From positions 2,336,001-2,400,000 of the forward strand of contig OY771587.1 in NCBI GenBank assembly GCA_963674825.1: DNA of 64,000 nt, read 5' to 3'. The number at the start of each line of letters is the position of its first letter. The stretch's first letter is position 1. The notes under the pieces were generated by a model. That model saw only the letters and a list, made by a program, of their open reading frames with translations, was not told the DNA's origin and did no database searches. A program made the translations under genes and the position numbers. The DNA is from Candidatus Cloacimonadales bacterium (GTDB lineage: Bacteria > Cloacimonadota > Cloacimonadia > Cloacimonadales > JAIOQZ01). This document shows, piece by piece, positions 47,259-57,782 of this stretch.

Positions 47259-49799
47259 GTGGCTTTAAGAGTACATGAACTGGCGAAAGAACTAAAAATA
47301 TCGACCGCAGCATTGCGGGTGCATTTGAGAGACCTTGGGGTCAACGTTAAGAGCCACATGAGTTTTATCGAAGATGAGATTGTGGATAAGATCAGGAAGA
47401 AATTCCAGGATCAGATCGCAGCAATCAAGCAGCAGGAGTCGGTCAGAAAGCGTTATCACAATGCTCAGAAGCAAGAGCAGCAGATGAAGCAGAGACCGCA
47501 CACTCAGGATGCTCCGCCTGCCATGAAGCAGCCGGAGAAACCGGTGCAGGAAGCTGTCAATATGGACAAGGTTGAGGTCGCGAAGAAAGAAATACCGACC
47601 TTCACCGAACGTCCAATAAAAAAGACGCCGTCCGCCAAGCCATTCCCTCCGAGGAAAGACCGTCCGCACCCAAATCCAAATCATCACCAGAATCAGCACC
47701 AGCACCAGCACCAGGCTCCCAAGCCTTCTGCTGAACAACCCTACAAGAAAGACAGAGTGCATCAGGAGAAACCGGCACCAGTGGTAGCTGCTCCTGAGGC
47801 TGTTGATCCCAAAACTCAAAAGAAAGTAGTTGTAAAAGAGACTAAAGACTTTGCCGATCTGGGCAAGAAGAGCAAACACCTTGCTGCTAAGCTTAAACAT
47901 ACGCGCAAAGGCAAGAAACGGAAATCATTCGCTCCGACGGAAGTTGAAGAAGCCGAAATCTCGAAAAACATCCGTCAGACACTTGCCCAGAGCAAAAAGC
48001 CCAAGAAGTATCGTAAGGACGATAAACGCCAGGACGCGTCTGCTGACCCCACTTTGATCACCATCAGCGAGTTCACTTCTGTGAGCGAGTTGGCAAAGAT
48101 CATGGATCTGGCCCCGACCGACATCATTGCGCAGTTCTTTAACCTCGGACAGCTTGTGACAATCAACCAGCGTTTGGACAAGGAATCGCTGGAGATGATT
48201 TGCGACGAATTCAACTTCGATGTCGAGTTCCGTGAAGAATACGGAACCGAGATTCTCGAGCAGAAAAAGGAAGATATTAGCGATGCCGAAATGGAGACTC
48301 GCGCTCCTGTCGTAACCATCATGGGGCATGTCGATCACGGTAAGACCTCGATTCTCGACTATATCCGCGAAGCGAATGTCATCGCGGGTGAATCGGGCGG
48401 TATTACCCAGCACATCGGTGCATATCAGGTTATACACGACGGCAATAAAATTACCTTCATCGATACTCCGGGCCATGAGGCCTTCAGTGCGATGCGTTCC
48501 CGCGGTGCGAATATCACAGATATCGGAATCATCGTAGTTGCTGCCGACGATAGCGTGATGCCACAGACGGTCGAAGCGATCGACCACGTCAAGGCTGCCG
48601 GTGTTACCATGATCATCGCCATCAACAAGATCGATGCCCGTGACGCGAACGTTGATCGCGTAATCGCCGACCTTGCTAAGCAGAATATTTACCTCGAAGG
48701 CTATGGTGGTCAAGTCCTCTGGTGCAAGACTTCCGCGATAACCGGAGAAGGAATCGAGGAGCTCCTCGAGTTAATCGTTCTTGCATCCGAGATGAACGAA
48801 TTCAAGGCGAGTTACGATTTACCTGGCCGTGGTACCGTGATAGAAGCGCAGAAAGATCCGCGCATTGGAACCGTGGTTACAGTCCTCATGCAAGAAGGTA
48901 CACTTAAAAAGGCTGATAACGTTGTCTGCGGTGCGACCTATGGCCGTATCCGCAAGATCGAAAATGAGCGCGGCAAAGAGATCAAGAAGCTTGAGCCATC
49001 CGATGTCGGTGTTATCTACGGTCTGAACGATGTTCCCAAGGCAGGTGATATCCTCAATGTGGTTCAGGATGAGAAGCTGGCGAAGTCCATCAGTCTCGAG
49101 CGCCAGCAGATCCGCCATGAGCGTGAGAAGTACCAGGCGCAAACCAACCTGAACAACCTCTTCCAGAAGATTAAAGAACATAATATGACCGAGCTGAACT
49201 TGATCGTTAAAGCAGACTTCGACGGTTCCGTGGAAGCACTTTGCGACTCGTTCGAAAAGCTTTCGAATGAAGAAATCATGGTCAATATCATTCATCGCGG
49301 TGTGGGCGGTATCGTGGAAGCGGACGTCAACCTCGCGATCAGCTCCGACGCTGTGATTATCGGCTTCCATGTGAGACCGAACAACCAGGCTCGGAAACTT
49401 GCTGAAGACAATGGCGTCGAGATCAAACAGTATCAGATCATCTATGATGCGATCAACGACCTCAAGCTTGCAATCCAGGGTATGCTAAAGCCTGAATTCA
49501 AGGAAGAACATCTTGGCAACGCACGTGTGAAGGAGATCTTCAAGATCCGCAAGATCGGAACTATAGCTGGTTGCGCTGTTGAGAAAGGCGTCATCCGCAA
49601 GAACGCGATCGTACGCATCTACCGGCACGACACCATGATTCACGAAGGTAAGATTTCGTCACTTAAGCACTACAATAAGGACGTTGATGAGATTCGTGCT
49701 GGAACCGAATGCGGTATCGGCATCGATAACTTCAACGACCTCAAGGAAGGCGATGTGATCGAAGCCAGCATCATGGTGGAAGTACCGAAAGAGTTATAG
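47259..49799 (+). CDS. infB: Translation initiation factor IF-2
   Basis: [42 protein letters not shown]. Confidence 0.98.
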   Translation: MALRVHELAKELKISTAALRVHLRDLGVNVKSHMSFIEDEIVDKIRKKFQDQIAAIKQQESVRKRYHNAQKQEQQMKQRPHTQDAPPAMKQPEKPVQEAVNMDKVEVAKKEIPTFTERPIKKTPSAKPFPPRKDRPHPNPNHHQNQHQHQHQAPKPSAEQPYKKDRVHQEKPAPVVAAPEAVDPKTQKKVVVKETKDFADLGKKSKHLAAKLKHTRKGKKRKSFAPTEVEEAEISKNIRQTLAQSKKPKKYRKDDKRQDASADPTLITISEFTSVSELAKIMDLAPTDIIAQFFNLGQLVTINQRLDKESLEMICDEFNFDVEFREEYGTEILEQKKEDISDAEMETRAPVVTIMGHVDHGKTSILDYIREANVIAGESGGITQHIGAYQVIHDGNKITFIDTPGHEAFSAMRSRGANITDIGIIVVAADDSVMPQTVEAIDHVKAAGVTMIIAINKIDARDANVDRVIADLAKQNIYLEGYGGQVLWCKTSAITGEGIEELLELIVLASEMNEFKASYDLPGRGTVIEAQKDPRIGTVVTVLMQEGTLKKADNVVCGATYGRIRKIENERGKEIKKLEPSDVGVIYGLNDVPKAGDILNVVQDEKLAKSISLERQQIRHEREKYQAQTNLNNLFQKIKEHNMTELNLIVKADFDGSVEALCDSFEKLSNEEIMVNIIHRGVGGIVEADVNLAISSDAVIIGFHVRPNNQARKLAEDNGVEIKQYQIIYDAINDLKLAIQGMLKPEFKEEHLGNARVKEIFKIRKIGTIAGCAVEKGVIRKNAIVRIYRHDTMIHEGKISSLKHYNKDVDEIRAGTECGIGIDNFNDLKEGDVIEASIMVEVPKEL

Positions 49800-49803
49800 C
49801 CCA

Positions 49804-50178
49804 ATGCCAAAAATCAGGATTCAACGACTTCAGAGCGAATTATTTCGCTTAATGAATACGACTGTAGTTGGGAACCTGCGCGATCCGCGACTGGATACCG
49901 TCACCTTTACCAGTGTGACGCTAACGCCCGACATGCAGTTTCTCAAGGTTTTCTTCACCTGCATGGAAGATGAAGAGACGAACCGGGACGACGTAAAGCG
50001 CCTCTTGAACCGCAGTGTCGGATTCGTGAAAAGTCAGATTGCCGACGCACACATCATGCGGACGATTCCCGATATTCATTTCTACCACGACGATACGAGC
50101 GATCGGGTTTCCAGCTTGGAAAGTATCTTTGACAAAATCAGGCGGGAACAGGAGCAGAAAGAGTCGGACGATGAATAA
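49804..50178 (+). CDS. rbfA: Ribosome-binding factor A
   Basis: LRDPRL, VTLTPDM, RTIPDIHFYHD; follows infB. Confidence 0.9.
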   Translation: MPKIRIQRLQSELFRLMNTTVVGNLRDPRLDTVTFTSVTLTPDMQFLKVFFTCMEDEETNRDDVKRLLNRSVGFVKSQIADAHIMRTIPDIHFYHDDTSDRVSSLESIFDKIRREQEQKESDDE

Positions 50179-51148
50179 AAAGCTGTCCGCGCTGAAGGAA
50201 CATCTCAGTAAGGAAACGGCTGCGTATTCGACCATCGCTATGGTCACGCACGTAAATCCCGATGGGGATGGATTGGCTGCATGTCTTGCCTATCAGGACA
50301 TCCTTGCCGAATCCGGTGTTCATGCGGATATCGTTCTCGAAGAGACTGCACCAGAGCTTTACGATTACATTGATGGTGCCGAGAGGACTATCATCTTCGA
50401 TAATTCGCTACAATACGATCTCTTGATTCTGATCGACTGCCACGAGCAGAAGCGGATCGGGATATGCGCACCGCTGGTTGATCGTGCGAAGTCGATTGTG
50501 GCTATCGATCATCATACTCCCGGCTTGCTCATCGAGAATGCCTATACCTGCATCGTAACAGAAATCGTCAGTGCTGGAGCAATGATCTACCGCATGTTCG
50601 AGGATGAACTGGCAGGATTTGGGCAACGCGACCGCATCGTGAAGGCGATCTATACCACGATATTGAACGACACCGATAATTTCCAGAATTCCAATACAAA
50701 TGCCGAGACGTTCGAGTTCTGTGCCAGCCTGGCAAAGCTTGGCCTGCACGCGGGTGAGATCGTACGGCTGTTCATATGGTCCAAGACGCCACATGAGATG
50801 AAGCTGGTAGGTGAAGTGCTGTCCACTATCGAAATGCGGCACGACGGAGACATCCTCTTCATGCACTCTACCCTGGAAATGCTTGAGCGTAACGAACTCA
50901 CAGGCGAAGCGACATCCAAGATGACGCGCTGGGTGAAGGGCACCAAAGGTGCGAAAGTGGTTGTCTATTTCAGGGAAGTTGCCAGCGAAACCTGGCGTCT
51001 CAGCCTGCGCACGGAGCACCTCGATGTCGCGGTTATCGCGAGGAATCACAAAGGTGGAGGCCATATACGCGCTGCCGGATGCGAGGTGAGAGGTTCGCTT
51101 GCTCACGTAAAGGACCTGCTGCAAGCAGAAATTATCAACCAATTATAG
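50171..51148 (+). CDS. nrnA: DHH/DHHA1 phosphoesterase (NrnA-like nanoRNase)
   Basis: THVNPDGD, IDHH, DT..F, SLR, GGGHIRAAG. Confidence 0.88.
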   Translation: MNKKLSALKEHLSKETAAYSTIAMVTHVNPDGDGLAACLAYQDILAESGVHADIVLEETAPELYDYIDGAERTIIFDNSLQYDLLILIDCHEQKRIGICAPLVDRAKSIVAIDHHTPGLLIENAYTCIVTEIVSAGAMIYRMFEDELAGFGQRDRIVKAIYTTILNDTDNFQNSNTNAETFEFCASLAKLGLHAGEIVRLFIWSKTPHEMKLVGEVLSTIEMRHDGDILFMHSTLEMLERNELTGEATSKMTRWVKGTKGAKVVVYFREVASETWRLSLRTEHLDVAVIARNHKGGGHIRAAGCEVRGSLAHVKDLLQAEIINQL

Positions 51149-51161
51149 CAGTACTACACTG

Positions 51162-52031
51162 ATGGAAAACCAGAAACAAGACGGCCTTTTACTCATTGAT
51201 AAACCATCTGGCATCAGCTCATTCGACGTCATCCGCAAGCTACGCAAGATCACTGGCATGCGCAAAATGGGGCACACCGGAACGCTCGATCCGTTCGCGA
51301 CTGGAATGCTGCCCATTCTGACCGGGAAAGCGACGCGCCTCAGCAGCATGATAACCCACAGCCGGAAATCGTACCAGGCGGTTCTGGAACTTGGTTTGCG
51401 TACCGATACCGGCGATCCCGAAGGCGAAGTTATCGAGCGAAAACCGATTCATGAAGATATGCTGGCTCCGATTGAGGCCATTCAGGGGAAAGTGCTTCAG
51501 ATAACCAGTCAGACACCGCCGGCGTATTCCGCGATCAAGGTTGACGGGAAACGCGCGTATGATCTTGCACGGCAGAAAAAAGAGGTGAAGCTGGAGCCGC
51601 GTTCCATCACAATCTACGATTTCGAGATCGAGAAGATCGAATTACCGTTGATCACCTATCGTGCTGAGGTGAGTGCCGGAACCTACATCCGCGTCCTGAG
51701 CGAAACGATCGCCGAAATGCTGGGCACCGTGGGAATGAGCCGCGAGCTACGCAGACTAACCATCGGAAGGACGTCGATCGAGCAATCGGTCACGCTGGAT
51801 GACCTTACCCCGAAAAACTGGCGAGAATACCTCCAGTCACCGCTTGCGATGATTGAAGATATTCCCGTCGTCGAGCCCAATCCCGATGAGCGCGAGCGAT
51901 TTTCGCATGGGAACGCGATTCTGGGGAAGGGTGATGATTGCGATCTGGTAATCGTGGCGCACCAGGGAGAAATATGGGGCGTCGCAAAAATCATTGACAG
52001 CAGGATCTATCCGAAGACCGTACTCTTATGA
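51162..52031 (+). CDS. truB: tRNA pseudouridine(55) synthase
   Basis: DKPSG, GHTGTLDPFATG, PPAYSAIKVDGKRAY, GTYIR. Confidence 0.96.
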   Translation: MENQKQDGLLLIDKPSGISSFDVIRKLRKITGMRKMGHTGTLDPFATGMLPILTGKATRLSSMITHSRKSYQAVLELGLRTDTGDPEGEVIERKPIHEDMLAPIEAIQGKVLQITSQTPPAYSAIKVDGKRAYDLARQKKEVKLEPRSITIYDFEIEKIELPLITYRAEVSAGTYIRVLSETIAEMLGTVGMSRELRRLTIGRTSIEQSVTLDDLTPKNWREYLQSPLAMIEDIPVVEPNPDERERFSHGNAILGKGDDCDLVIVAHQGEIWGVAKIIDSRIYPKTVLL

Positions 52032-52960
52032 TTGATTTTCGTGGAGATTACAAGCTATTGAAATACCCGGTGGTCACCACCGGAACCTTTGACGGTATCC
52101 ATCTTGGGCACCGCAAGCTACTTAATGAGTGCATCCGAATCGCGCGCGAACGAGGTGGCGAATCGGTCGTTATCACATACTTCCATCATCCGCTCGAAAT
52201 CCTGCACGAGAAGACGTTTCCTTATCTGCTCACCGAAAAGAGTCGTAAGGAGAATCTTTTGCGCGAGATCGGCATCGATTGTGTCGGCTACCTGAACTTC
52301 AATCGTCGCATGGCCAGTATGTCACCCATGGAATTCCTGGAGAGGGTGCTGGTCGAGAGTGTCGGCATGAAAGAAATCGTGGTGGGCTACGACACCCATT
52401 TCGGTCGGGGACGAGAAGGTAATTACCAATTCTTGAAAGAGCACCAGGAGCATTTTGGTTACAAAGCTCATCTGGTGGAACCACTGGAGATCGATGGAGA
52501 CTTGGTCAGCAGCAGCCGAATCCGGGATTTAATCCGCGATGGCGTGGTCGATAAGGCTGGAGAGCTGATGGGCAGGAACTACACATTATTGGGTATCGTG
52601 ATCTCCGGGAAGCGTATCGGACGCGAGCTGGGCTTTCCCACCATCAACATCATGCCGCTGGACGAGCACAAGCTGATCCCGGGAACCGGCGTTTATCTGA
52701 GCCGTACTACTTTACATGGAAAGACCTGGGATTCGCTGACCAATATTGGGACAAATCCGTCGGTAAAGACAGACGATCATCTGGTGATCGAAACGCATCT
52801 TCTCAATTTCGATGGAAACCTCTACGGCAAGAAGGTAGGAATTGAATTCTTGCGTAGAATCCGCAACGAAGTGAAATTTGACACCCGTGAAGAACTGATT
52901 CAAGCTATCCGTGGGGATGTCGATACAGCAAGAGGATACTTTCGCCGGGAGCGGTCATGA
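52028..52960 (+). CDS. ribF: Bifunctional riboflavin kinase/FAD synthetase
   Basis: GTFDGIHLGH, VSSSRIR, GRELGFPTIN, IETHLLNF. Confidence 0.95.
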   Translation: MIDFRGDYKLLKYPVVTTGTFDGIHLGHRKLLNECIRIARERGGESVVITYFHHPLEILHEKTFPYLLTEKSRKENLLREIGIDCVGYLNFNRRMASMSPMEFLERVLVESVGMKEIVVGYDTHFGRGREGNYQFLKEHQEHFGYKAHLVEPLEIDGDLVSSSRIRDLIRDGVVDKAGELMGRNYTLLGIVISGKRIGRELGFPTINIMPLDEHKLIPGTGVYLSRTTLHGKTWDSLTNIGTNPSVKTDDHLVIETHLLNFDGNLYGKKVGIEFLRRIRNEVKFDTREELIQAIRGDVDTARGYFRRERS

Positions 52961-53946
52961 GGGAATTACTGCTTGCGTTGCATAAATCAATTGTGGATTT
53001 CTACCGGTTTGCGCGCTCGCAGAGACTTAAGTCCGCACTTCTTCTAACTCTGAGTGGGATGTTCAACGGCTGGAACGGCTTCCAGTTTCTTTTCTTCGGC
53101 AGCTTCATGTTTGTTTTCGTGAACCGACTCAGCTTCTTCCGCTGGTTTTTCCAGCTATCGCTTGATGTCCGGCATCTGATCCCGATAACCGTATTTCATT
53201 TTGTGACAATTCTGCTCATCTTCTGGTTCTTGCACTGCGTGGGTGAGGTATATTTGAATGCGCTTCTGATGCGGAGACGGATGACCTATGGACAGGTGCT
53301 GCGGGTAACGATGAACTTCGCGATCCCGGGCCTTATGACGATCCTCTTCTTCTTTTTCCTGGCGGGTATCATCTGGAACGGAATCTACATCGGCTACCGC
53401 ATCGCATTGTCGATCGGCTTCAATCAGGATTTTTCCTTTTGGCGTTGGGGCATTTATCTGGGAACTGTCGCGCTGTTATTCTCGATGTACTTCATGATGA
53501 TCGTAACCGATATGGTGATTCCACTAATGATGCACGGGTATTCATACAGTAAGTCGCTGGTGCGCACTGTCCGCATGATGCGCTCCAATTCGTACGAATT
53601 CCTTGCGATCTATTCGCTCAGAGTATTTTCCGTTGTTATCTCGACATTAGTATATATCATGTTTTTCCGATATGTGCTCTTCCCACTTATGGTGAAGATT
53701 TCGCCTGATTACTATTTTAATCCGTTGATTGTGCTGCGGGATATATCAAGCCTGAAGGACGCAATGCTAAACAATATAACGATGACCTTGTTTATGCTAT
53801 TCAGTCTGGTGGTGGGCATTCCTTTTTTTTTACCGCTCTATACTGTGCATAAGGTTATCCTGGACAAGATGATCGATTTTCCGCTGTTTCGAATGAAGAA
53901 AGACCAACCGACCGAGGACGAGACCGATGGAACAGTTCGTATGTAG
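52957..53946 (+). CDS. Hypothetical multi-pass membrane protein
   Basis: 329 aa, Phe/Met/Leu-rich hydrophobic segments; overlaps ribF stop and radA start. Confidence 0.7.
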   Translation: MRELLLALHKSIVDFYRFARSQRLKSALLLTLSGMFNGWNGFQFLFFGSFMFVFVNRLSFFRWFFQLSLDVRHLIPITVFHFVTILLIFWFLHCVGEVYLNALLMRRRMTYGQVLRVTMNFAIPGLMTILFFFFLAGIIWNGIYIGYRIALSIGFNQDFSFWRWGIYLGTVALLFSMYFMMIVTDMVIPLMMHGYSYSKSLVRTVRMMRSNSYEFLAIYSLRVFSVVISTLVYIMFFRYVLFPLMVKISPDYYFNPLIVLRDISSLKDAMLNNITMTLFMLFSLVVGIPFFLPLYTVHKVILDKMIDFPLFRMKKDQPTEDETDGTVRM

Positions 53947-55252
53947 TGAATGTGGAGCCGAAACACCCAAATGGGAAGGACGCTGCCCAACTTGCGGTGC
54001 ATGGAACTCGCTGAAAGAGACCGCGCGAATCGTGGGCAAGTCGTCGAAGAAGAGCATCTCGATTCCAGGTGAGAAGCAAAAAGCGATCAAGCTCGAAGAT
54101 ATTGATGATGCGGTGCTAACACGCACGAAGACCGGTATCGGTGAATTCGACGTGGTGCTGGGCGGTGGAATTGTGTCTGGCATGGCTGGTCTGATCGGCG
54201 GCGATCCGGGTATCGGCAAGTCAACACTCATGATGCAGGTTGCCGATCGGGTTCCGGGTACGTTGTACGTCTCGGGTGAGGAGAGTTTGCAGCAGATCAA
54301 GCTGCGTGCCGGAAGGCTGAGCGTGAAATCGGATTCGCTGCACCTGCTTTGTTCCACCGATGCCAACGCGGTAACGGAGGAAATCCTGCGCTTGAAACCG
54401 CCGCTTGTGATCATTGATTCGATTCAGTCGATCGGCGGTGCGCTGGAGGGATCTTCCGCGGGAAGCGTCTCGCAGGTTCGCGAGGTTACCGGGCTCCTGG
54501 TGCGGCTTGCAAAAACCACCGGGACAGCGATCATGCTGATCGGACATGTGACCAAAGATGGCTCCGTGGCTGGCCCGAAGATCATCGAGCATATGGTGGA
54601 TACGGTTCTCTATTTTGAGGGCGATCTGCCGTATCGAATGCTTCGCGCTGTGAAGAATCGCTTTGGCTCGACCAACGAGATCGGGATTTTCGAGATGCGC
54701 GCGGATGGCCTGGCCGAGGTTAAGAATCCGTCAGTACTTTTTGTGGAGCATTTTCAGCCCAATCCGGGCATTGCAGTAGGATGCGTTCTGGAAGGGTCCA
54801 GACCGTTCCTCGTGGAAGCCCAGACGTTGGTTACAGCGGCGAACTACGGCACATCGCAACGCGTGAGTATCGGATACGACTCGAAAAAGCTCGCGGTTAT
54901 GCTGGCTGTTCTGGAAAAATTCCTCTCCATCAGCCTTCGGCAAAACGACATCTTCGTCAACCTCATCGGTGGCATACGTTCGGGTGATACCAGCCTCGAT
55001 CTTGCTGTGATGGCATCCGTGCTCTCCAGCGCACGCGAAGTGGTATTACCTCCCAAGACACTCTTTCTGGGTGAAGTAGGCCTCAGCGGCGAAATCAGGC
55101 CTGTCTCGCAGTACGAAAAGCGCATCAACGAGGCAGCCAAGCACGGATACGAGCAGGTATACGTCGCAAAGAACGCACATAGCGGTATCAAGGGCGCCAA
55201 GCTTCAGCGCATCGGCCACATCGCCGATCTCTATTCGCTTTTGTTCAGCTGA
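53927..55252 (+). CDS. radA: DNA repair protein RadA/Sms
   Basis: CSECG...CPTC zinc finger, GDPGIGKST, KNRFG, GEVGLSGE. Confidence 0.96.
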   Translation: MEQFVCSECGAETPKWEGRCPTCGAWNSLKETARIVGKSSKKSISIPGEKQKAIKLEDIDDAVLTRTKTGIGEFDVVLGGGIVSGMAGLIGGDPGIGKSTLMMQVADRVPGTLYVSGEESLQQIKLRAGRLSVKSDSLHLLCSTDANAVTEEILRLKPPLVIIDSIQSIGGALEGSSAGSVSQVREVTGLLVRLAKTTGTAIMLIGHVTKDGSVAGPKIIEHMVDTVLYFEGDLPYRMLRAVKNRFGSTNEIGIFEMRADGLAEVKNPSVLFVEHFQPNPGIAVGCVLEGSRPFLVEAQTLVTAANYGTSQRVSIGYDSKKLAVMLAVLEKFLSISLRQNDIFVNLIGGIRSGDTSLDLAVMASVLSSAREVVLPPKTLFLGEVGLSGEIRPVSQYEKRINEAAKHGYEQVYVAKNAHSGIKGAKLQRIGHIADLYSLLFS

Positions 55253-56223
55253 GCCTTCCACTCCTCCAGAATCGCCTGTTCGCTTTCAATCGGGAACCGC
55301 TTCTCGAAGTAATTCTTACCACTTTCGTGATACCACGTCACCGTGTCTCTGATCGTCTCTTCGATGGGGCGTAACCGCAATCCAGCTTTCAGTGCTTTTG
55401 TCCCGTTCACTTCATCCAGGCCCTCATAACCGCTGTCGGGTTCAATCATGTTCCAGAGCGGGTATTGGTGCTTCTCGATGATCTTGTTATCGACGTAGTG
55501 GATGATCGTGTCGGTGTCGAATACGCCTTTACAGCTTTCCATGATACCGCCAAGGGTGGTCTTTACTTCAGGACCCACCGCGTTGAACGTACCTGTAATG
55601 CTTTCTTCCACCAGATGGAAACACCAACGGGCGAGATCACGCACGTCGATAAACTGGAAAGGTGTGTTTGGATTCGCTGGCAGTACCATCTCACCGCCGA
55701 GTGAGTACTTGATGGGCAGATAGCCAAAGCGATAGGAGTAATCCCATGGCCCGACGATCAATCCTGGACGGATGATGATGGCACGATCGCCGAAGTGCTT
55801 CTGGACCATTCGTTCACATGCACCCTTGAGTGGCCCGTAGTTTGCGCCGTCGATCTGCTCGGGTCGTTCCCCTTCGAATACATCAATCTCGTCTTCTTCG
55901 GTAATGCCGATCTTGCTCAAGGTATGGTATGCGGAGACGGACGAGATGAAGATGTAGCATCCAGCGCGGTCTTTCAACAGGCTGGCGGAGAGGTCGGTTT
56001 GCTGGGGGAAGTAGCCGCAGGTATCGATGACAGCATCCCATTGTTCATCGGGCAGCAGGTTGAGGTCGCTGTCGCGATCTCCGTGGATCTGCCGGACGTC
56101 GGTGAAGAGGTTCGGCCTTGATTTTCCGCGGTTGAAGAGGGTGATGTCGTGGTCGTTTTCGATAGCGAATTCGGTAATGCTTCTACCCAGGAAGTGGGTA
56201 CCGCCGATAACGAGTAGTTTCAT
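55231..56223 (-). CDS. NAD-dependent epimerase/dehydratase (isoflavone reductase-like)
   Basis: IGGTHFLG, FNRG, YGPLK, RPGLIVGP, IDVRDL. Confidence 0.85.
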   Translation of the reverse strand: MKLLVIGGTHFLGRSITEFAIENDHDITLFNRGKSRPNLFTDVRQIHGDRDSDLNLLPDEQWDAVIDTCGYFPQQTDLSASLLKDRAGCYIFISSVSAYHTLSKIGITEEDEIDVFEGERPEQIDGANYGPLKGACERMVQKHFGDRAIIIRPGLIVGPWDYSYRFGYLPIKYSLGGEMVLPANPNTPFQFIDVRDLARWCFHLVEESITGTFNAVGPEVKTTLGGIMESCKGVFDTDTIIHYVDNKIIEKHQYPLWNMIEPDSGYEGLDEVNGTKALKAGLRLRPIEETIRDTVTWYHESGKNYFEKRFPIESEQAILEEWKAQLNKSE

Positions 56224-56361
56224 AAGTCGCTCCGTTTAGTTGATTTCCGGGACAGTTCATGGAATCTATCTTTGGAGGCTATCTGTCAAGGATTCCATTA
56301 AATTACCTTGACATCCGTCGAAGAAATGCAAGAAGAATAATAACCGGCAAAAGGAGAGCCT

Positions 56362-56904
56362 ATGAAGATCATCGTATTGCATGGCAGTCCGCGCATAGGT
56401 GGTGATTCCGATACGCTTGCGCAGGCGTTTCTCGATGAGATGCAGCAGCAGACTGACTACCAGATCGAACATTTTTATCTGAACAACATGAACATCACGC
56501 CCTGCCAGGGATGTCAGTCGTGCTTAACAAAGCTCCAATGCCGCCTTACGGATGATATGCAGCGGATCTACGACGCCTTTCCATCCGCGGATTTGGTCGT
56601 ATGGGCTACGCCGATGTACTGGGGCTACATGACCGCGCAAATGAAGCTCGCTCTGGACCGCATGGAAGCGCTGGTTTGTGCCGATGGCTGGAAGGGCAAG
56701 AATTTCGTAGTGTTTCTCACCTACCACAGCCACGTTCAATCAACCGTTAGCTTCTTCGAACGGGTATGTCCATTTTTCGAGACAGAGCTGCACATCGTCA
56801 CCTGCCACACGATCAAGGACAACGAGCACATTCCTGCCGCCGAGATGCCAGAAAAATTGCAGGAGTGCCGGGACCTGGCGAAAAAGCTTGCTGGAGGTAA
56901 TTGA
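56362..56904 (+). CDS. Flavodoxin-fold iron-sulfur flavoprotein / NADPH-dependent FMN reductase family
   Basis: GSPR, CQGCQSCLTKLQC (CX2CX2CX5C), DDM, TPMYW. Confidence 0.85.
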   Translation: MKIIVLHGSPRIGGDSDTLAQAFLDEMQQQTDYQIEHFYLNNMNITPCQGCQSCLTKLQCRLTDDMQRIYDAFPSADLVVWATPMYWGYMTAQMKLALDRMEALVCADGWKGKNFVVFLTYHSHVQSTVSFFERVCPFFETELHIVTCHTIKDNEHIPAAEMPEKLQECRDLAKKLAGGN

Positions 56905-57734
56905 TGGAAATGGCGAAAAAGCTGCTCAAGGCGTTTCTCTTGCGCATCGTGCCGTCGATATTGGCGATTGGTGTTATCCTCGCGATTGTGAAGTGGGTTG
57001 TCATTGCTCTCCTACCCGAGTCGATAATATCTGCTGAGCAGAACCGGATGATACGGTTTTCTATCAGCACGCCGATTCTGATCGTGATATATGTGCTGGA
57101 GAGACGATATTGGTTTAAAACGTTCCCGCTTAAGATGAGCTGGAGGCAGCAAATCTCGCTGTTCGGTGGATACTTCGTATCTGCAGCGTTAGTACTTTGT
57201 GTAGTGACATTGATACTACTGGTTTCTTGCTTGATCTTGATTGAAAGCCGACCTGTGGGATGCGCAGGAATATCTTATATAATGATCGTGATGATTTTTA
57301 CGGTTTTGCTGGAAGAGGTGATTTTCCGTGGCATCTTCTATGGAGAACTTCGTAAAGTAGTATCGTGGAAGATACTGGTACCCTTAGTCGGTGTGATCTT
57401 TGGTCTGGTGCACATAGCCAACAGCGGTACGAATTTCTTCAGCGTGTTTTCGGCGACTTTGGGTGGGGTAATTCTCAGCCTGATGTACGAGCGATACCGT
57501 AGCATTGTAGCGCCGTACGCGTTTCACCTTGGCTGGAATGTTTATCAGGCTGTGATCGGGTCATCGGTTTCGGGAACGGAGTTTGCCAGCTACACACCGA
57601 TGGTGATGAAATTCAATGGCCCGTATATTCTTACCGGTAGCCCCGGCGGCTTGGAAAGCTCAGTGATTACATTGATCTTCTTGATCCTGCTCACCGGTTG
57701 GCTCGTGCGGGGGTGTATACGAGATGCAAAATAA
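56904..57734 (+). CDS. CPBP (CAAX/Abi) intramembrane metalloprotease
   Basis: EEVIFRG, FGLVH, HLGWN motifs. Confidence 0.85.
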   Translation: MEMAKKLLKAFLLRIVPSILAIGVILAIVKWVVIALLPESIISAEQNRMIRFSISTPILIVIYVLERRYWFKTFPLKMSWRQQISLFGGYFVSAALVLCVVTLILLVSCLILIESRPVGCAGISYIMIVMIFTVLLEEVIFRGIFYGELRKVVSWKILVPLVGVIFGLVHIANSGTNFFSVFSATLGGVILSLMYERYRSIVAPYAFHLGWNVYQAVIGSSVSGTEFASYTPMVMKFNGPYILTGSPGGLESSVITLIFLILLTGWLVRGCIRDAK

Positions 57735-57760
57735 AAAAACCTCCCCGAGTTAGGGGAGGT
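57733..57760 (-). terminator. Intrinsic terminator between convergent CPBP and ABC ATPase genes
   Basis: ACCTCCCC-GAGTTA-GGGGAGGT preceded by an A-run (U-tract on -). Confidence 0.75.
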
Positions 57761-57782
57761 CCATGAATAGAATAAATATCGA

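Noticed and set aside
55231..55252. 22-nt convergent overlap of radA and the epimerase gene; also abutting stops at 3256/3257
   Set aside because: Common in compact genomes; both reading frames look complete
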